From assembly GCA_965140705.1 (NCBI GenBank), contig OZ223300.1:1344001-1408000 (forward strand): 64,000 nt of DNA, written 5' to 3'. Positions 42,781-52,856 of this stretch are shown here, piece by piece. The position numbers and the translations under genes are program-made. Numbering within the stretch: position 1 is the stretch's first letter; every line of letters starts with the position of its first letter. Under the pieces are notes generated by a model that saw only the letters and a program-made list of their open reading frames with translations, was not told where the DNA came from and made no database searches. The DNA comes from an uncultured Arcobacter sp. Its GTDB lineage: Bacteria > Campylobacterota > Campylobacteria > Campylobacterales > Arcobacteraceae.

Positions 42781-42867
42781 ATTAAATTTAAAATTATTAT
42801 TGCTTTAAGTTTAAAGTGAAAATCAATTTAATAAAGATAAAATTTATAATAAAAATCAAGGCGAAAT

Positions 42868-43215
42868 ATGAAAACATTTAATAAAGATGAAATAACTCAA
42901 AAAGTAATTGATAAACTAAAAACAATACAAGACCTTGAATTGCCTATTAATATTTTTGATTTAGGATTGATTTATAAAACTGATGTAGAAAATAGTGATA
43001 ATAAAGTTCAAGTAAATATAGAGATGACTTTGATAGATTCACGATGTAATAGTACTAAATCTTTTACTGATGAAGTTATAAGTACTGTGCAAAGTATCGA
43101 TGAAGTAGATATTTGTAATGTAAAGTTTGTCTTTACTCCTAAATGGGAAATCACTATGATAACTCCTAAAGGCTTAGAACAGTTAAGAAATGCTAATCCA
43201 AATAAAAAAGACTAA
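42868..43215 (+). CDS. DUF59/SufT-like Fe-S cluster assembly factor
   Basis: D.ELPINIFDLGLIY, MTL....C, VFTPKW...M. Confidence 0.85.
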   Translation: MKTFNKDEITQKVIDKLKTIQDLELPINIFDLGLIYKTDVENSDNKVQVNIEMTLIDSRCNSTKSFTDEVISTVQSIDEVDICNVKFVFTPKWEITMITPKGLEQLRNANPNKKD

Positions 43216-43856
43216 TATCTTATTATCAAATTAGCAAATTTACATTTATAAGTTTTCTTTTGTCTGTTTTCATCAAAACAAAGGTCTACATAGGGGAAAT
43301 CACTAATTTCAAAATTAGCACTATCTTTTAAAAGCTCTTCAACTTGGGCATCTTTATCTTTTACTCCAAAAGTTATATTTGAAAGCTCTTTTATATTATT
43401 ATCATGTATTAGAGGCTCATTTTGGTTATTTGCTTTACTTAAACCTTCCCATCTAAAAGTCCATGGTAGAGTAGGTTTATCTTCAAATGATAAAACATCT
43501 ATTGACATATTATTTGGTAAATATTCTGGTTTGTATTTATACGCATTTTCAAACAATTTATTAAATTTATTTTTATCATATAAACATATTCCAAAAGGTG
43601 AGGCTTGATTTCTTTCATAATAGGCTCGTCTATTAAGTCCACTTTTGATGCATATCTCATTTTTGATTTCTTCTTCATTAGATATATATAACAATTCTAT
43701 AAAAAAGTTTTCAAAATAGATTTTTCTATTACTTGTACCTTGTCCTTTATGTATACGATTGCTTCCTTCTTTAAACCCAAAATCTAAAAGTTCTTTTGTT
43801 AAATTATCTATATTATTAGTAAAAATAAATAAATGATGTATTTCTATGTTTTTCAT
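43212..43856 (-). CDS. Glyoxalase-like (VOC) protein
   Basis: IHHLFI, HKGQGTSNRKIYF..FFIELL. Confidence 0.75.
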   Translation of the reverse strand: MKNIEIHHLFIFTNNIDNLTKELLDFGFKEGSNRIHKGQGTSNRKIYFENFFIELLYISNEEEIKNEICIKSGLNRRAYYERNQASPFGICLYDKNKFNKLFENAYKYKPEYLPNNMSIDVLSFEDKPTLPWTFRWEGLSKANNQNEPLIHDNNIKELSNITFGVKDKDAQVEELLKDSANFEISDFPYVDLCFDENRQKKTYKCKFANLIIRY

Positions 43857-43861
43857 TTATT

Positions 43862-44443
43862 TCATCCTAATTTTTGAATATTAATTTTTCTTTTTTTATA
43901 TTTTACAAATAAAGTAATGCCAATAATAATTATAATCACTAAGGGAATAGCCAAATACCAATGTTCTTTTGCAATAGCAATTAAGGCTAAAATCTTATCT
44001 CCAAAGTACCAAACTGGTACTATAATTATGCTACTCCAAAAAAGAGCTGAGATAAAGTTTATTATTGCAAAGGTTTTTGGTGAATAGTTCATCAATCCCA
44101 CACACAAAGGAATAATAGTTCTAAATCCATAAAGATACCTTTGTATAAATACTATAAACCAACCATATTTTCTTAATAAAAATTTCACATAAGCTATTTT
44201 AGATTTTTGTTTTGAGAGTTTTCTTATGACATATTTCTTTTTAAATCTACCAAGATAGAAATAAATTTGGTCACCCACAAAGGCACCAACGCCTGCAGTT
44301 ATTATGGCCCAACCTAGGACCATATCACCTGTATGTACAAAAAGACCAGCCATTATAAGGCCAGTTTCTCCTTCTATTATACTCCAGAAAAAAAGGATAA
44401 TATATCCATACTCTTTCATTAAATCAATTAAATTAAAATCCAT
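43862..44443 (-). CDS. DedA-family membrane protein
   Basis: EGET..I.AG, GDQIYFYLGR, RYLYGFR. Confidence 0.9.
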   Translation of the reverse strand: MDFNLIDLMKEYGYIILFFWSIIEGETGLIMAGLFVHTGDMVLGWAIITAGVGAFVGDQIYFYLGRFKKKYVIRKLSKQKSKIAYVKFLLRKYGWFIVFIQRYLYGFRTIIPLCVGLMNYSPKTFAIINFISALFWSSIIIVPVWYFGDKILALIAIAKEHWYLAIPLVIIIIIGITLFVKYKKRKINIQKLG

Positions 44444-44546
44444 AATACCTATACTTTATATTTGTTTTGCGCAATGATACTCTAAAAAGGCTGATAAGAA
44501 TAAATAGAATTACCATTTCATAAATCTTATTATTATAAAATAAAAT

Positions 44547-45482
44547 ATGATTTATAAAATATTACTACTAGTTATATTATTTGATTTTTCTTTTGCCAAA
44601 TATGAAAAAGTAAAAATCGGTAAAATTGATGATTATTATAAAAATAAAGTATCTTACGTTCAATTAGAAAATATAATAAAAGATATAGAAAAAAACTTTG
44701 AAACTACCTTAAAAATGAATATTTTTGATTATTCCAAAGATGGCAAACCAATTGATCTTATACATATCACACCTTCAACTATGGAAAAAAGAATAACAAG
44801 ACTTCAAGATAAGATAGTTAAGAAAAATGAAAAAGTAAAAAATAGGAAAAGCTCATTTAAAGATTTGGAAGAGGAACTAAAAGCTCTAAAAATAAAATAT
44901 GATGCCTTAAATAAAGTTTACGCCAAAGAAAGTAATGAGTTAAATAAGTACATAAAAGCAAAAAATGAAAAGAAAAAACTACCTCCAAAAGAGTATGAAG
45001 AGGCAAAAAAATTTGTAAAAGAGAAAAAAATAGTTTTAGATAATAAATTAAAACAGCTAAATAAACTTTATAAAGAGTTTAATCGTAAAGTTTTAAGTTA
45101 TAACAATAAAGTACAGTTTTATAATAATGACATAAGAGAGATATATAGTTTGAATAAAGAACTAGAATCTTTACGTAGAGCTTTTAAAAAAATAAAAGGC
45201 AAAACTTTTGGACAAAAGAAAATTACACTAAAAACTTATTATAAAGATGGTAAAAAAATAAGTGAAAGAAAGATAAATGAAAGTATGAATAAAATAGAGA
45301 TTTATGCTTTTGATAGTCTAGCTGAATTAAAAGTAATATTAGCACATGAAATAGCTCATTTAGTTGGAATTCCTCATATAAATGTAAAAAATGCCCTTAT
45401 GAATCCTATCCTACAAAAAAATCAAATCAAGCACTTAGAGTTAACAAAAGCAGACATTATAAATTTCAAAAAAAACTTTTAA
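44547..45482 (+). CDS. Exported metzincin (matrixin-like) metalloprotease with coiled-coil insert
   Basis: Signal peptide; HEIAHLVGIPH; Met-turn ALMNP. Confidence 0.8.
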   Translation: MIYKILLLVILFDFSFAKYEKVKIGKIDDYYKNKVSYVQLENIIKDIEKNFETTLKMNIFDYSKDGKPIDLIHITPSTMEKRITRLQDKIVKKNEKVKNRKSSFKDLEEELKALKIKYDALNKVYAKESNELNKYIKAKNEKKKLPPKEYEEAKKFVKEKKIVLDNKLKQLNKLYKEFNRKVLSYNNKVQFYNNDIREIYSLNKELESLRRAFKKIKGKTFGQKKITLKTYYKDGKKISERKINESMNKIEIYAFDSLAELKVILAHEIAHLVGIPHINVKNALMNPILQKNQIKHLELTKADIINFKKNF

Positions 45483-45694
45483 TTTATCTTTATTTCTTGC
45501 ATATTAATTTTGGATTAAAAAGCTGTAAAAAATGATATGATATCTAGTTATTTCCTTTATTTAATAATAAGTGAAGGAGTATCGGTTTTATGGCATTACA
45601 GGTGTTGCAACAAGTATTTTAATATTTTGTTGTTTCAATAGTTTTAGAATACTTAATTATAAAATTTTTAAGTATTTATACAAAAAGGACAAAA

Positions 45695-46072
45695 GTGAAA
45701 AAGTTATTATTGTTAATACCTTTTATTTTTTTTATCTTACAAGGTTGTGGTGATAAAAAAGTTGAAGATAAAATTAGCAGTGTAAAAGAGACTATCCAAG
45801 ATAAAACTGAAGATGTTTCTGACAAAGCAGAGGATGTTGCAAATAAAGCAGAAGATTCTGTTAATAAAAGTGAAGATGCTATAGAAAATGGTGTTGATAA
45901 AACAAAAGATGCTATGGATGAAATGAAAAATGATGTTACAGAAAAAACAGAAGATATCATTAATAAAAGCGAAGATACAATAAATGAAGCTAGTGATAAA
46001 GTAGAAGATACTATTGATAAAGCAAAAGATAGTGTTGAAGAAAAAATGAATGACGAAGAGAAAAGTAAATAA
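45695..46072 (+). CDS. Acidic LEA-like repeat lipoprotein (copy 1)
   Basis: GTG start after aagga; lipobox LQGC; DKAEDV repeats. Confidence 0.8.
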   Translation: MKKLLLLIPFIFFILQGCGDKKVEDKISSVKETIQDKTEDVSDKAEDVANKAEDSVNKSEDAIENGVDKTKDAMDEMKNDVTEKTEDIINKSEDTINEASDKVEDTIDKAKDSVEEKMNDEEKSK

Positions 46073-46437
46073 TATACTTTTACAAAAAAATATAAAATAA
46101 AATCTACAGAATCTAAGTTCTAAAATAGATTAGAACAACCACCTTTAAGAGTAAGAATAGTAATTATTTTTACTCTTTATTTATAAAGCACTATTACAAT
46201 AAAAGAATTATGATTATTATTATATTTATCTACAAGGACGGCTAGTCCTTTCATAGAGATACTATTTAATAATAATAAATGACCAAAAATAACTTTTATT
46301 AAGAATTAAATAAGCTTAATATGTTACCTTTAATTGTCGCAAAAGAGTATTTAAATTATTTTTTCACATAAAATATAACTTATTTTGTAACAATAAAAGG
46401 GTAATTTACCTTTGATAATTAATTAAAAGGAGAATAA

Positions 46438-46785
46438 ATGAGAAAATTATTACTATTAATACCTTTCATGCTTTTTATATTGCAAGGTTGTACAGATGAT
46501 AAGGTTGATGATAAAATTAGTACAGTGAAAGAGTCTGTTCAAGACACAACTGAAGATGTTGCAGACAAAGCAGAGGATGTTGCAGATAAAGCGGAAGATG
46601 TAGTTGATAAGAGTGAAGATTCAATACAAGATGCTAGTGATAAAACAAAAGAAGCATTTGAAAATGCTAAAGAAGATACAAAAGATGCATTAGAAACTGT
46701 TGGTGATAAAACAGAAGAAGTAGTTGATAAAGCTAAAGAAAAAGTTGAAGAGGGATACGACAAAGCAAAAGAGAGTCTTAAATAA
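46438..46785 (+). CDS. Acidic LEA-like repeat lipoprotein (copy 2)
   Basis: aggag RBS; LQGC; near-identical N-terminus to copy 1. Confidence 0.82.
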   Translation: MRKLLLLIPFMLFILQGCTDDKVDDKISTVKESVQDTTEDVADKAEDVADKAEDVVDKSEDSIQDASDKTKEAFENAKEDTKDALETVGDKTEEVVDKAKEKVEEGYDKAKESLK

Positions 46786-46804
46786 AACTTTAAAAGGATA
46801 TTAA

Positions 46805-47086
46805 ATGGAAAAAAATGCTTATGAACAAAAAGCACAAGCAAAAATAGATGAATTAAGTGCAAAGATAGATGTACTAAATGCAAAAAAAGATGCAGCTAAG
46901 GCTGATACAAAAATTGAATATGAAAAAAAAATTAAAGAACTAGATAGTTTAAAAAATGAAGTAAAAGAAAAACTTACTAGTATTAAAAATTCAAGTGATG
47001 ATGCTTGGGAAGAGTTGAAAAGTGGTTTTGAAAAATCATCAAAAATTATGGAAGATACTATAAACTCTGCATTATCAAAGTTTTAA
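46805..47086 (+). CDS. Small coiled-coil stress-type protein
   Basis: AYEQK.QAKIDE..AKID.L.AK and DAWEELKSG motifs. Confidence 0.7.
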   Translation: MEKNAYEQKAQAKIDELSAKIDVLNAKKDAAKADTKIEYEKKIKELDSLKNEVKEKLTSIKNSSDDAWEELKSGFEKSSKIMEDTINSALSKF

Positions 47087-47117
47087 TATTAAAAAGAAGT
47101 GAAAATATTAATTATTT

Positions 47118-47414
47118 TCACTTCTCTTCAAATTGGTTTTGAGAAAAATCATAGTTTTTTACATGATTATCAATATGCTCACCTAAAGCCAATTTATATT
47201 CATTTACAAAATACTCTATTATTTCTTCTTTTTCATTAGCCATATCTTCGGCACTTTCAAATGAAGTTGCTGCTACCCATGCATTGAATCTTGCAGCTCC
47301 ATACATAAATGAAGCACTTACTTCACCTTGAGTTGTTTCTTCATTTAATTGTTCATTTGCAACTGTAATATGCTCATCTGCTCTTTTTAAAAATCCCATA
47401 TTTTTTTCTGCCAT
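47118..47414 (-). CDS. DUF3144-family protein
   Basis: RADEHI..AN, VSASFMYGAARFNAW. Confidence 0.75.
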   Translation of the reverse strand: MAEKNMGFLKRADEHITVANEQLNEETTQGEVSASFMYGAARFNAWVAATSFESAEDMANEKEEIIEYFVNEYKLALGEHIDNHVKNYDFSQNQFEEK

Positions 47415-47439
47415 TATTATTTCCTCTTTTTTTCTTTTA

Positions 47440-48639
47440 TTATATCTTTTTTAGTTTTTTATAACCATCTTTAATAAGTTTTAACAAAGGTTTTCTATAA
47501 GAATCAAAAACATATTTTTTGATTTCATAGGCTATTCTTCCTTTTACATGGATAAGTCCATAAATACTTCCTGCTGCATATTTCCCACCCAAAGCTATTA
47601 ATATACCTTCTAGTTTTGGATTTGCCTTTTGAAGTTTCTTTTTATTGATTATGTTTAAGATATTATTTCCAGCATTTATTCCACTTATTCTTGCAATTGT
47701 AACATTTGGAGGCATTATTTCATCTTTTTTGTTTTTGATTTGTGCTGCATCCCCAATAGCAAAGATATTTTCATATTTGCTTGTTTGCATATACTCATTT
47801 ACGATTATTTGACCTTTTTGATTTTTATCAACATCTAATTCTTTTGTTATTTTAGCAGCTTCAACCCCACCTGTAAAAATTAAAAATGAATGGTCTATTT
47901 TCGTCCCATTTGTAAAGTATGCAAGATTATCTTCACATCTTTGTAATTTTGTATTTGTAATAACATTGATTCCTAGTGATTTAAGTCTTTCATGGGAAAA
48001 GGCAATTAACTTAGGATCTAAACCTGGCAAAATAGTATCTGCACTACTTATTAGTGATATTTTTAAATTGTCACAAGTGAAGTTTCCTCTTTTGAAAAAC
48101 ATTTTAGAATTATATGCCATTTCAGCAGCTATTTCTACTCCTGATAATCCAGCACCTACAACTACAATATGTGTATCATCACATTTTTTTGCTTCATCTT
48201 GTATCTTTTTGAAAAGTTGATTTTCAAAACTTTGTTTGAAGTATACTGCCCAATTTAGTTTTTTGATATCGTGAGCATTGTTAAGACCTGGAATAACATG
48301 TGGAAAATATGTTCTTGTTCCTGCGGCCATAATTAGATAATCAAACTCTACACTCTCTTTTTCTTCTGTATATATTTTTTTCTTATTTGGGTCTATTTTT
48401 ATTACTTTTAAATTTTTGTATTCTAAATAACTATGTTTTAATCCCATGCATAAAGTAGTCAAATCAATTGTTACATCAGCAATATTTGACTTATTTGCAA
48501 TCAAATCATAAACCTCTGGTTGTAAATTATGAAAGGTGTGTGTATCTATAAGAGTTATTTTAATATTTTTGTTTTTTACTAATTCTCTTAAAGCATAAAT
48601 TCCTGCATATCCGCCACCAATGATTACAACTTTTTCCAT
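47440..48639 (-). CDS. Type II NADH dehydrogenase-like FAD oxidoreductase
   Basis: GGGYAG, VVGAGLSGVEIAAE, IFAIGD. Confidence 0.85.
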   Translation of the reverse strand: MEKVVIIGGGYAGIYALRELVKNKNIKITLIDTHTFHNLQPEVYDLIANKSNIADVTIDLTTLCMGLKHSYLEYKNLKVIKIDPNKKKIYTEEKESVEFDYLIMAAGTRTYFPHVIPGLNNAHDIKKLNWAVYFKQSFENQLFKKIQDEAKKCDDTHIVVVGAGLSGVEIAAEMAYNSKMFFKRGNFTCDNLKISLISSADTILPGLDPKLIAFSHERLKSLGINVITNTKLQRCEDNLAYFTNGTKIDHSFLIFTGGVEAAKITKELDVDKNQKGQIIVNEYMQTSKYENIFAIGDAAQIKNKKDEIMPPNVTIARISGINAGNNILNIINKKKLQKANPKLEGILIALGGKYAAGSIYGLIHVKGRIAYEIKKYVFDSYRKPLLKLIKDGYKKLKKI

Positions 48640-48876
48640 ACTTAAATCCCTTTTTATATTTTGTATAAATTAGTTCGTATTGTATAAAAAGAAAATTGCC
48701 TTTTGGCTTAAAAAATCTTTAAATTTTATTATTTATGAGTACATAATACACATAAATCACATATTTTATATTTTAGTTATATAATTAATATTTATTTAAG
48801 AAAATATAAATTTATTTTAATAATAATTTCTTTTTAGCTATAATCCCAAAAAATTAAAATTGTAGGATTTAGAAAA

Positions 48877-49629
48877 ATGAAAATAGCTATTTTGTCAGAT
48901 ATTCATTCAAATGTTTTTGCTTTGGAAGCTGTTATTGCTGATGCAAAGAGTAAAAATGTAGATATGATGATAAATGCAGGTGACTCTTTTTATGGTCCAA
49001 TAGAACCAAGAGCTACTTATGAACTATTGAAGGAAAACAACTTTGTAAATATCTGTGGAAATCAAGATAGAGAGATTTTAGAAGCTTCTTTAGAGCAACT
49101 TGAAAATAATCCTACTTTAAAATATGTATATGAAGACTTGGGTGAAGAGGTTTTATATTGGATACAAGATTTGCCTTTTGAAAAGTTTTTAGGGAAAGAT
49201 TTGTATGTAATCCATGGTACACAACATGATGATAGTGTTTATTTACTTGAAGATGTAAGTAGTGGGAGAGCACAATTAAGGGATGAAAAGAAGATAATTG
49301 AACTTCTTGATGATGTAGAATCTAAGTTTGTAATTTGTGGACATTCTCATACTCCTAGATGTGTAAATTTAAGTACAGGACAAGTGATGATAAATCCAGG
49401 TTCAGTAGGCTTACAAGCTTATAAAGATAAATTACCAAATGAATATATCATAGAAAATAGTTATCCTGATGCTACATATATAATACTTGAGGTAAATTCA
49501 AGTGAATACAATATAGAGTTAGTAAAAGTTGCTTATGATTATGAAAAAGCAGCTTTAAAAGCAGAGTCTAATGGAAGAGAAGATTGGGCTTATACCATTA
49601 GAACTGGAAAGATATCTCCAAATTCATGA
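48877..49629 (+). CDS. Calcineurin-like metallophosphoesterase
   Basis: SDIHSN, GD, GNQD, GHSH, NPGSVG. Confidence 0.88.
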   Translation: MKIAILSDIHSNVFALEAVIADAKSKNVDMMINAGDSFYGPIEPRATYELLKENNFVNICGNQDREILEASLEQLENNPTLKYVYEDLGEEVLYWIQDLPFEKFLGKDLYVIHGTQHDDSVYLLEDVSSGRAQLRDEKKIIELLDDVESKFVICGHSHTPRCVNLSTGQVMINPGSVGLQAYKDKLPNEYIIENSYPDATYIILEVNSSEYNIELVKVAYDYEKAALKAESNGREDWAYTIRTGKISPNS

Positions 49630-49979
49630 AAAAAGATGTAAATCTATATTTTGACAAAGAATGCCCTTTTTGTAACTATTATGCAAATTATAATTTAATA
49701 AGAACTAATCACAATCTTAAACTTTATAATGCAAGGGAATATCCTCAAAAAATAGAATTTTTAAAGAAAAAAGGCTTTGATGTAAATGATGGAATTATCA
49801 TAGAAATTGATGGAAAGATATTTCAAGGTTCAGATGCTATAAAACAATTAAACAAACTATCTAATAAGGAAGTAAAGGTATTGAATACAAAATTCTTTTC
49901 TTTTCTTTTATATCCACTTATAAAATCATTTAGAAAAGTAGTTCTTTTTATATTAAATAAAAATTCTCATATTAAATAA
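49626..49979 (+). CDS. DCC1/DUF393 thiol-disulfide oxidoreductase-like protein
   Basis: YFDKECPFC, GSDA. Confidence 0.75.
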   Translation: MKKDVNLYFDKECPFCNYYANYNLIRTNHNLKLYNAREYPQKIEFLKKKGFDVNDGIIIEIDGKIFQGSDAIKQLNKLSNKEVKVLNTKFFSFLLYPLIKSFRKVVLFILNKNSHIK

Positions 49980-50040
49980 AACAAACAATTGACTTTAGAT
50001 ATAATATCTATTTAAATAGATAAAAATAAGGAATCAAATA

Positions 50041-50598
50041 ATGAGAATTGCAGTTTTTTGTGGATCAAGTGCTGGTAATAATATAGAATATATAAACGCT
50101 ACAAAACGATTAGGTAAATATTTTGCCCAAAATAATATAGAATTAGTATATGGCGGTGGAAATGTTGGACTTATGGGTGCAATCGCAGATTCAGTTATGG
50201 AAAATGGCGGAAAAGTTTATGGGGTAATTCCTGAAAAACTAAAAGAAAAAGAGTTAGCTCACACAGGTATAACTGACTTAAAAGTAGTTTCAAATATGCA
50301 TGAAAGAAAAGCCGCAATGGCAGAGTTAGCTGATGCCTTTGTAGTACTTCCAGGAGGTGCTGGAACTTTAGAAGAGACTTTTGAGGTTTGGACTTGGGCT
50401 TTGCTTGGTTTTCATAATAAGCCTTGTGCTTTTTTTAATATAAATGGATTTTATAATAAATTATTTGAGATGATAGATAATATGTGTGAAGCAGAATTTT
50501 TAAGAAAAGAGTACTCAGATATGCTTATTAAAACAGATAATCAAGAAGAGCTACTAAAAGCTATAAAAGAGTACATTCCACCAAAACAAAAGTGGTAA
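50041..50598 (+). CDS. LOG-family nucleotide phosphoribohydrolase
   Basis: FCGS, YGGGNVGLMG, MHERK, LPGGAGTLEE. Confidence 0.92.
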   Translation: MRIAVFCGSSAGNNIEYINATKRLGKYFAQNNIELVYGGGNVGLMGAIADSVMENGGKVYGVIPEKLKEKELAHTGITDLKVVSNMHERKAAMAELADAFVVLPGGAGTLEETFEVWTWALLGFHNKPCAFFNINGFYNKLFEMIDNMCEAEFLRKEYSDMLIKTDNQEELLKAIKEYIPPKQKW

Positions 50599-50616
50599 AT
50601 AAAATTTGGAAAAGAT

Positions 50617-51621
50617 ATGATAGAATTTATAAAAAAGATACCAAAAGCAGAATTACACTTACATATTGAAGGCTCACTGGAGCCTGAACTTATGTTTGAA
50701 CTTGCAAAAAGAAATAATATAAAGATACCTTACGATTCAATTGAAGAAATAAAGGCAGCATACGATTTCACAAACTTACAATCCTTTTTGGATATTTATT
50801 ACTCAGGAGCAAATGTACTTGTTCAAAAAAAAGATTTTTATGATTTGACTTGGGCTTATATTTTAAAGTGTGTACAAAACAATATAATCCATACAGAAAT
50901 ATTTTTTGACCCACAAACACACACTCAAAGAGGTCTGTCTTTTGATACGATTATTTTAGGGATAAGTGAAGCTTTAGAAGATGCCAAAGAGAAGTTTGGA
51001 ATTAGCTCAAATATTATTATGTGTTTTTTAAGACACTTAAGTCAAGAAGAGGCTTTAAAAACTTTTGAAGAGTCGTTACCTTTCAAAGATAAGATTATAG
51101 GTGTTGGACTTGATTCCTCAGAACTTGGACATCCTCCTTCAAAATTTAAAGAGGTATTTAAAAAAGCAAAAGAGGCAGAATTTAGACTTGTGGCTCATGC
51201 AGGAGAAGAGGCTGATTATTCTTATATTTATGAAGCTTTAGACTTATTGGATATCCAAAGAATAGATCATGGAGTGCAAGCAGTTCATTCAAAAGAGTTA
51301 ATGGAAAGATTAAAAAAAGAGCAAACACCTTTGACTGTTTGTCCAAACTCAAATATTGAGTTGAAAGTTTTTGAAAACTACAAACAACACAATGTAAAGC
51401 AACTTTTAGATTATGGACTAAATGTCACAATAAACTCTGATGATCCAGCATATTTCAAAGGTTATTTAAATGATAACTTTATAAATTTATATGAAAATAT
51501 AGACTTAACAAAAGAAGATATTATAAAACTTGCTAGAAACTCTTTTAACTCTTCTTTTATTTCAGATGAGTTAAAAAAAGAATATCTAACAAAACTTGAT
51601 AATTTTGTAGAAAATAAATAG
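50617..51621 (+). CDS. Adenine/adenosine deaminase
   Basis: PKAELHLHIEG, EIFFDPQTH, AHAGEE, RIDHG, NSDDPAYF. Confidence 0.9.
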   Translation: MIEFIKKIPKAELHLHIEGSLEPELMFELAKRNNIKIPYDSIEEIKAAYDFTNLQSFLDIYYSGANVLVQKKDFYDLTWAYILKCVQNNIIHTEIFFDPQTHTQRGLSFDTIILGISEALEDAKEKFGISSNIIMCFLRHLSQEEALKTFEESLPFKDKIIGVGLDSSELGHPPSKFKEVFKKAKEAEFRLVAHAGEEADYSYIYEALDLLDIQRIDHGVQAVHSKELMERLKKEQTPLTVCPNSNIELKVFENYKQHNVKQLLDYGLNVTINSDDPAYFKGYLNDNFINLYENIDLTKEDIIKLARNSFNSSFISDELKKEYLTKLDNFVENK

Positions 51622-51629
51622 GATAAATT

Positions 51630-52562
51630 ATGAACAAAATCAAAGAGATATTAAAAAATCAAAAAATATTAATTATAGATGGGGCAACAGGAACAGAGTT
51701 AGAAAGAAAAGGTTATGATATCAATGATTCACTTTGGTCAGCTAAGTTTCTTATGGAAAATCCAAAAGCTATTTATGAAGTGCATAAAGACTATTTAGAA
51801 GCTGGAAGTGATTGTATTACAACTTTAAGTTATCAAGCTACATTTGAAGGCTTTAAAGAGCGAGGATTAAATGAAGTCCAAGCAAAAGAGCTTTTACAAT
51901 CTTCTATAAAATTGGCCATAGAAGCAAGAGATGAGTTTTGGTCAAGAAATGAATCAAAGAGTAGAATAAAACCTCTTGTAGCAGCTTCTGTTGGTCCTTA
52001 TGGAGCATACTTAGCAGATGGTTCAGAGTTTAGAGGTAATTATGGATTAAGTGAAGAGGAACTAATAAATTTTCATAGAAAAAGAATGCAAGCTTTGATT
52101 GAAGCAAAACCAGATTTACTTGCTTGTGAAACAGTTCCTTGTCTAATAGAAGCAAAAGCTTATGTAAAACTTCTCAAAGAGTTCCCCTCAACTCAAGCTT
52201 GGATTACCTTTAGTGCAAAAGATGGAGAGCATATAAATAGTGGTGAAACTATAAAAGAGTGTGCAAAATTTTTAGATGATAAAGAACAAGTTGTAGCTAT
52301 TGGTATAAATTGTACAGCACCACAATATATTGAATCTTTAATCTCACAGATTAAAGAAGTTTCAACAAAACCAATTATTGTTTATCCAAATGGGGGAGCT
52401 GCTTATGATGGAGAAACTAAAACTTGGAGTACACAAGCTAATACAAAAGATTATGGGAAAATGGCACATCTGTGGTATGAAAAGGGTGCAAGTGTGATTG
52501 GTGGATGTTGTCAAACTACACCAAATGATATAGAACAAATCTCATCTTGGGTTAGAAAATAA
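51630..52562 (+). CDS. mmuM: Homocysteine S-methyltransferase
   Basis: LWSA, SVGPYGAYLADGSE, GINC, YPNG, GGCC. Confidence 0.9.
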   Translation: MNKIKEILKNQKILIIDGATGTELERKGYDINDSLWSAKFLMENPKAIYEVHKDYLEAGSDCITTLSYQATFEGFKERGLNEVQAKELLQSSIKLAIEARDEFWSRNESKSRIKPLVAASVGPYGAYLADGSEFRGNYGLSEEELINFHRKRMQALIEAKPDLLACETVPCLIEAKAYVKLLKEFPSTQAWITFSAKDGEHINSGETIKECAKFLDDKEQVVAIGINCTAPQYIESLISQIKEVSTKPIIVYPNGGAAYDGETKTWSTQANTKDYGKMAHLWYEKGASVIGGCCQTTPNDIEQISSWVRK

Positions 52563-52606
52563 AGAGTTATCAAGATATAATACAAAATCTCAAAATAGGT
52601 TAAACA

Positions 52607-52834
52607 ATGGCAAAAAGTTTAAACACAAATAGTGTAAAAAGTGTAAAATCAGAAAAAATAGCAGCAACTGCAAATCAAAATAAAAATCCAGTAAAAGTTG
52701 AATTTTCTCAAGATAGATATGAAAATGAACAAGTTGTAAATGCTAGAAAAGCAGCAAACCTAGCATTAGCAAAACAAAAAGCAAAGAAAAAAGCAAAAAT
52801 GGCAAAGGCTTCTAAGAAGAAAAACAAAAAATAG
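52607..52834 (+). CDS. Small Lys-rich hypothetical protein
   Basis: aggt RBS, upstream TATAAT; highly basic C-terminus. Confidence 0.6.
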   Translation: MAKSLNTNSVKSVKSEKIAATANQNKNPVKVEFSQDRYENEQVVNARKAANLALAKQKAKKKAKMAKASKKKNKK

Positions 52835-52856
52835 TTTCTAAATAAAAGGAAAAATT

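Noticed and set aside
45571..45753. 60-aa + ORF
   Set aside because: Overlaps the lipoprotein start out of frame; no recognisable family
46210..46250. Fragment resembling a third lipoprotein signal (tttatctacaagg) with a small hairpin
   Set aside because: Match too short in AT-rich DNA
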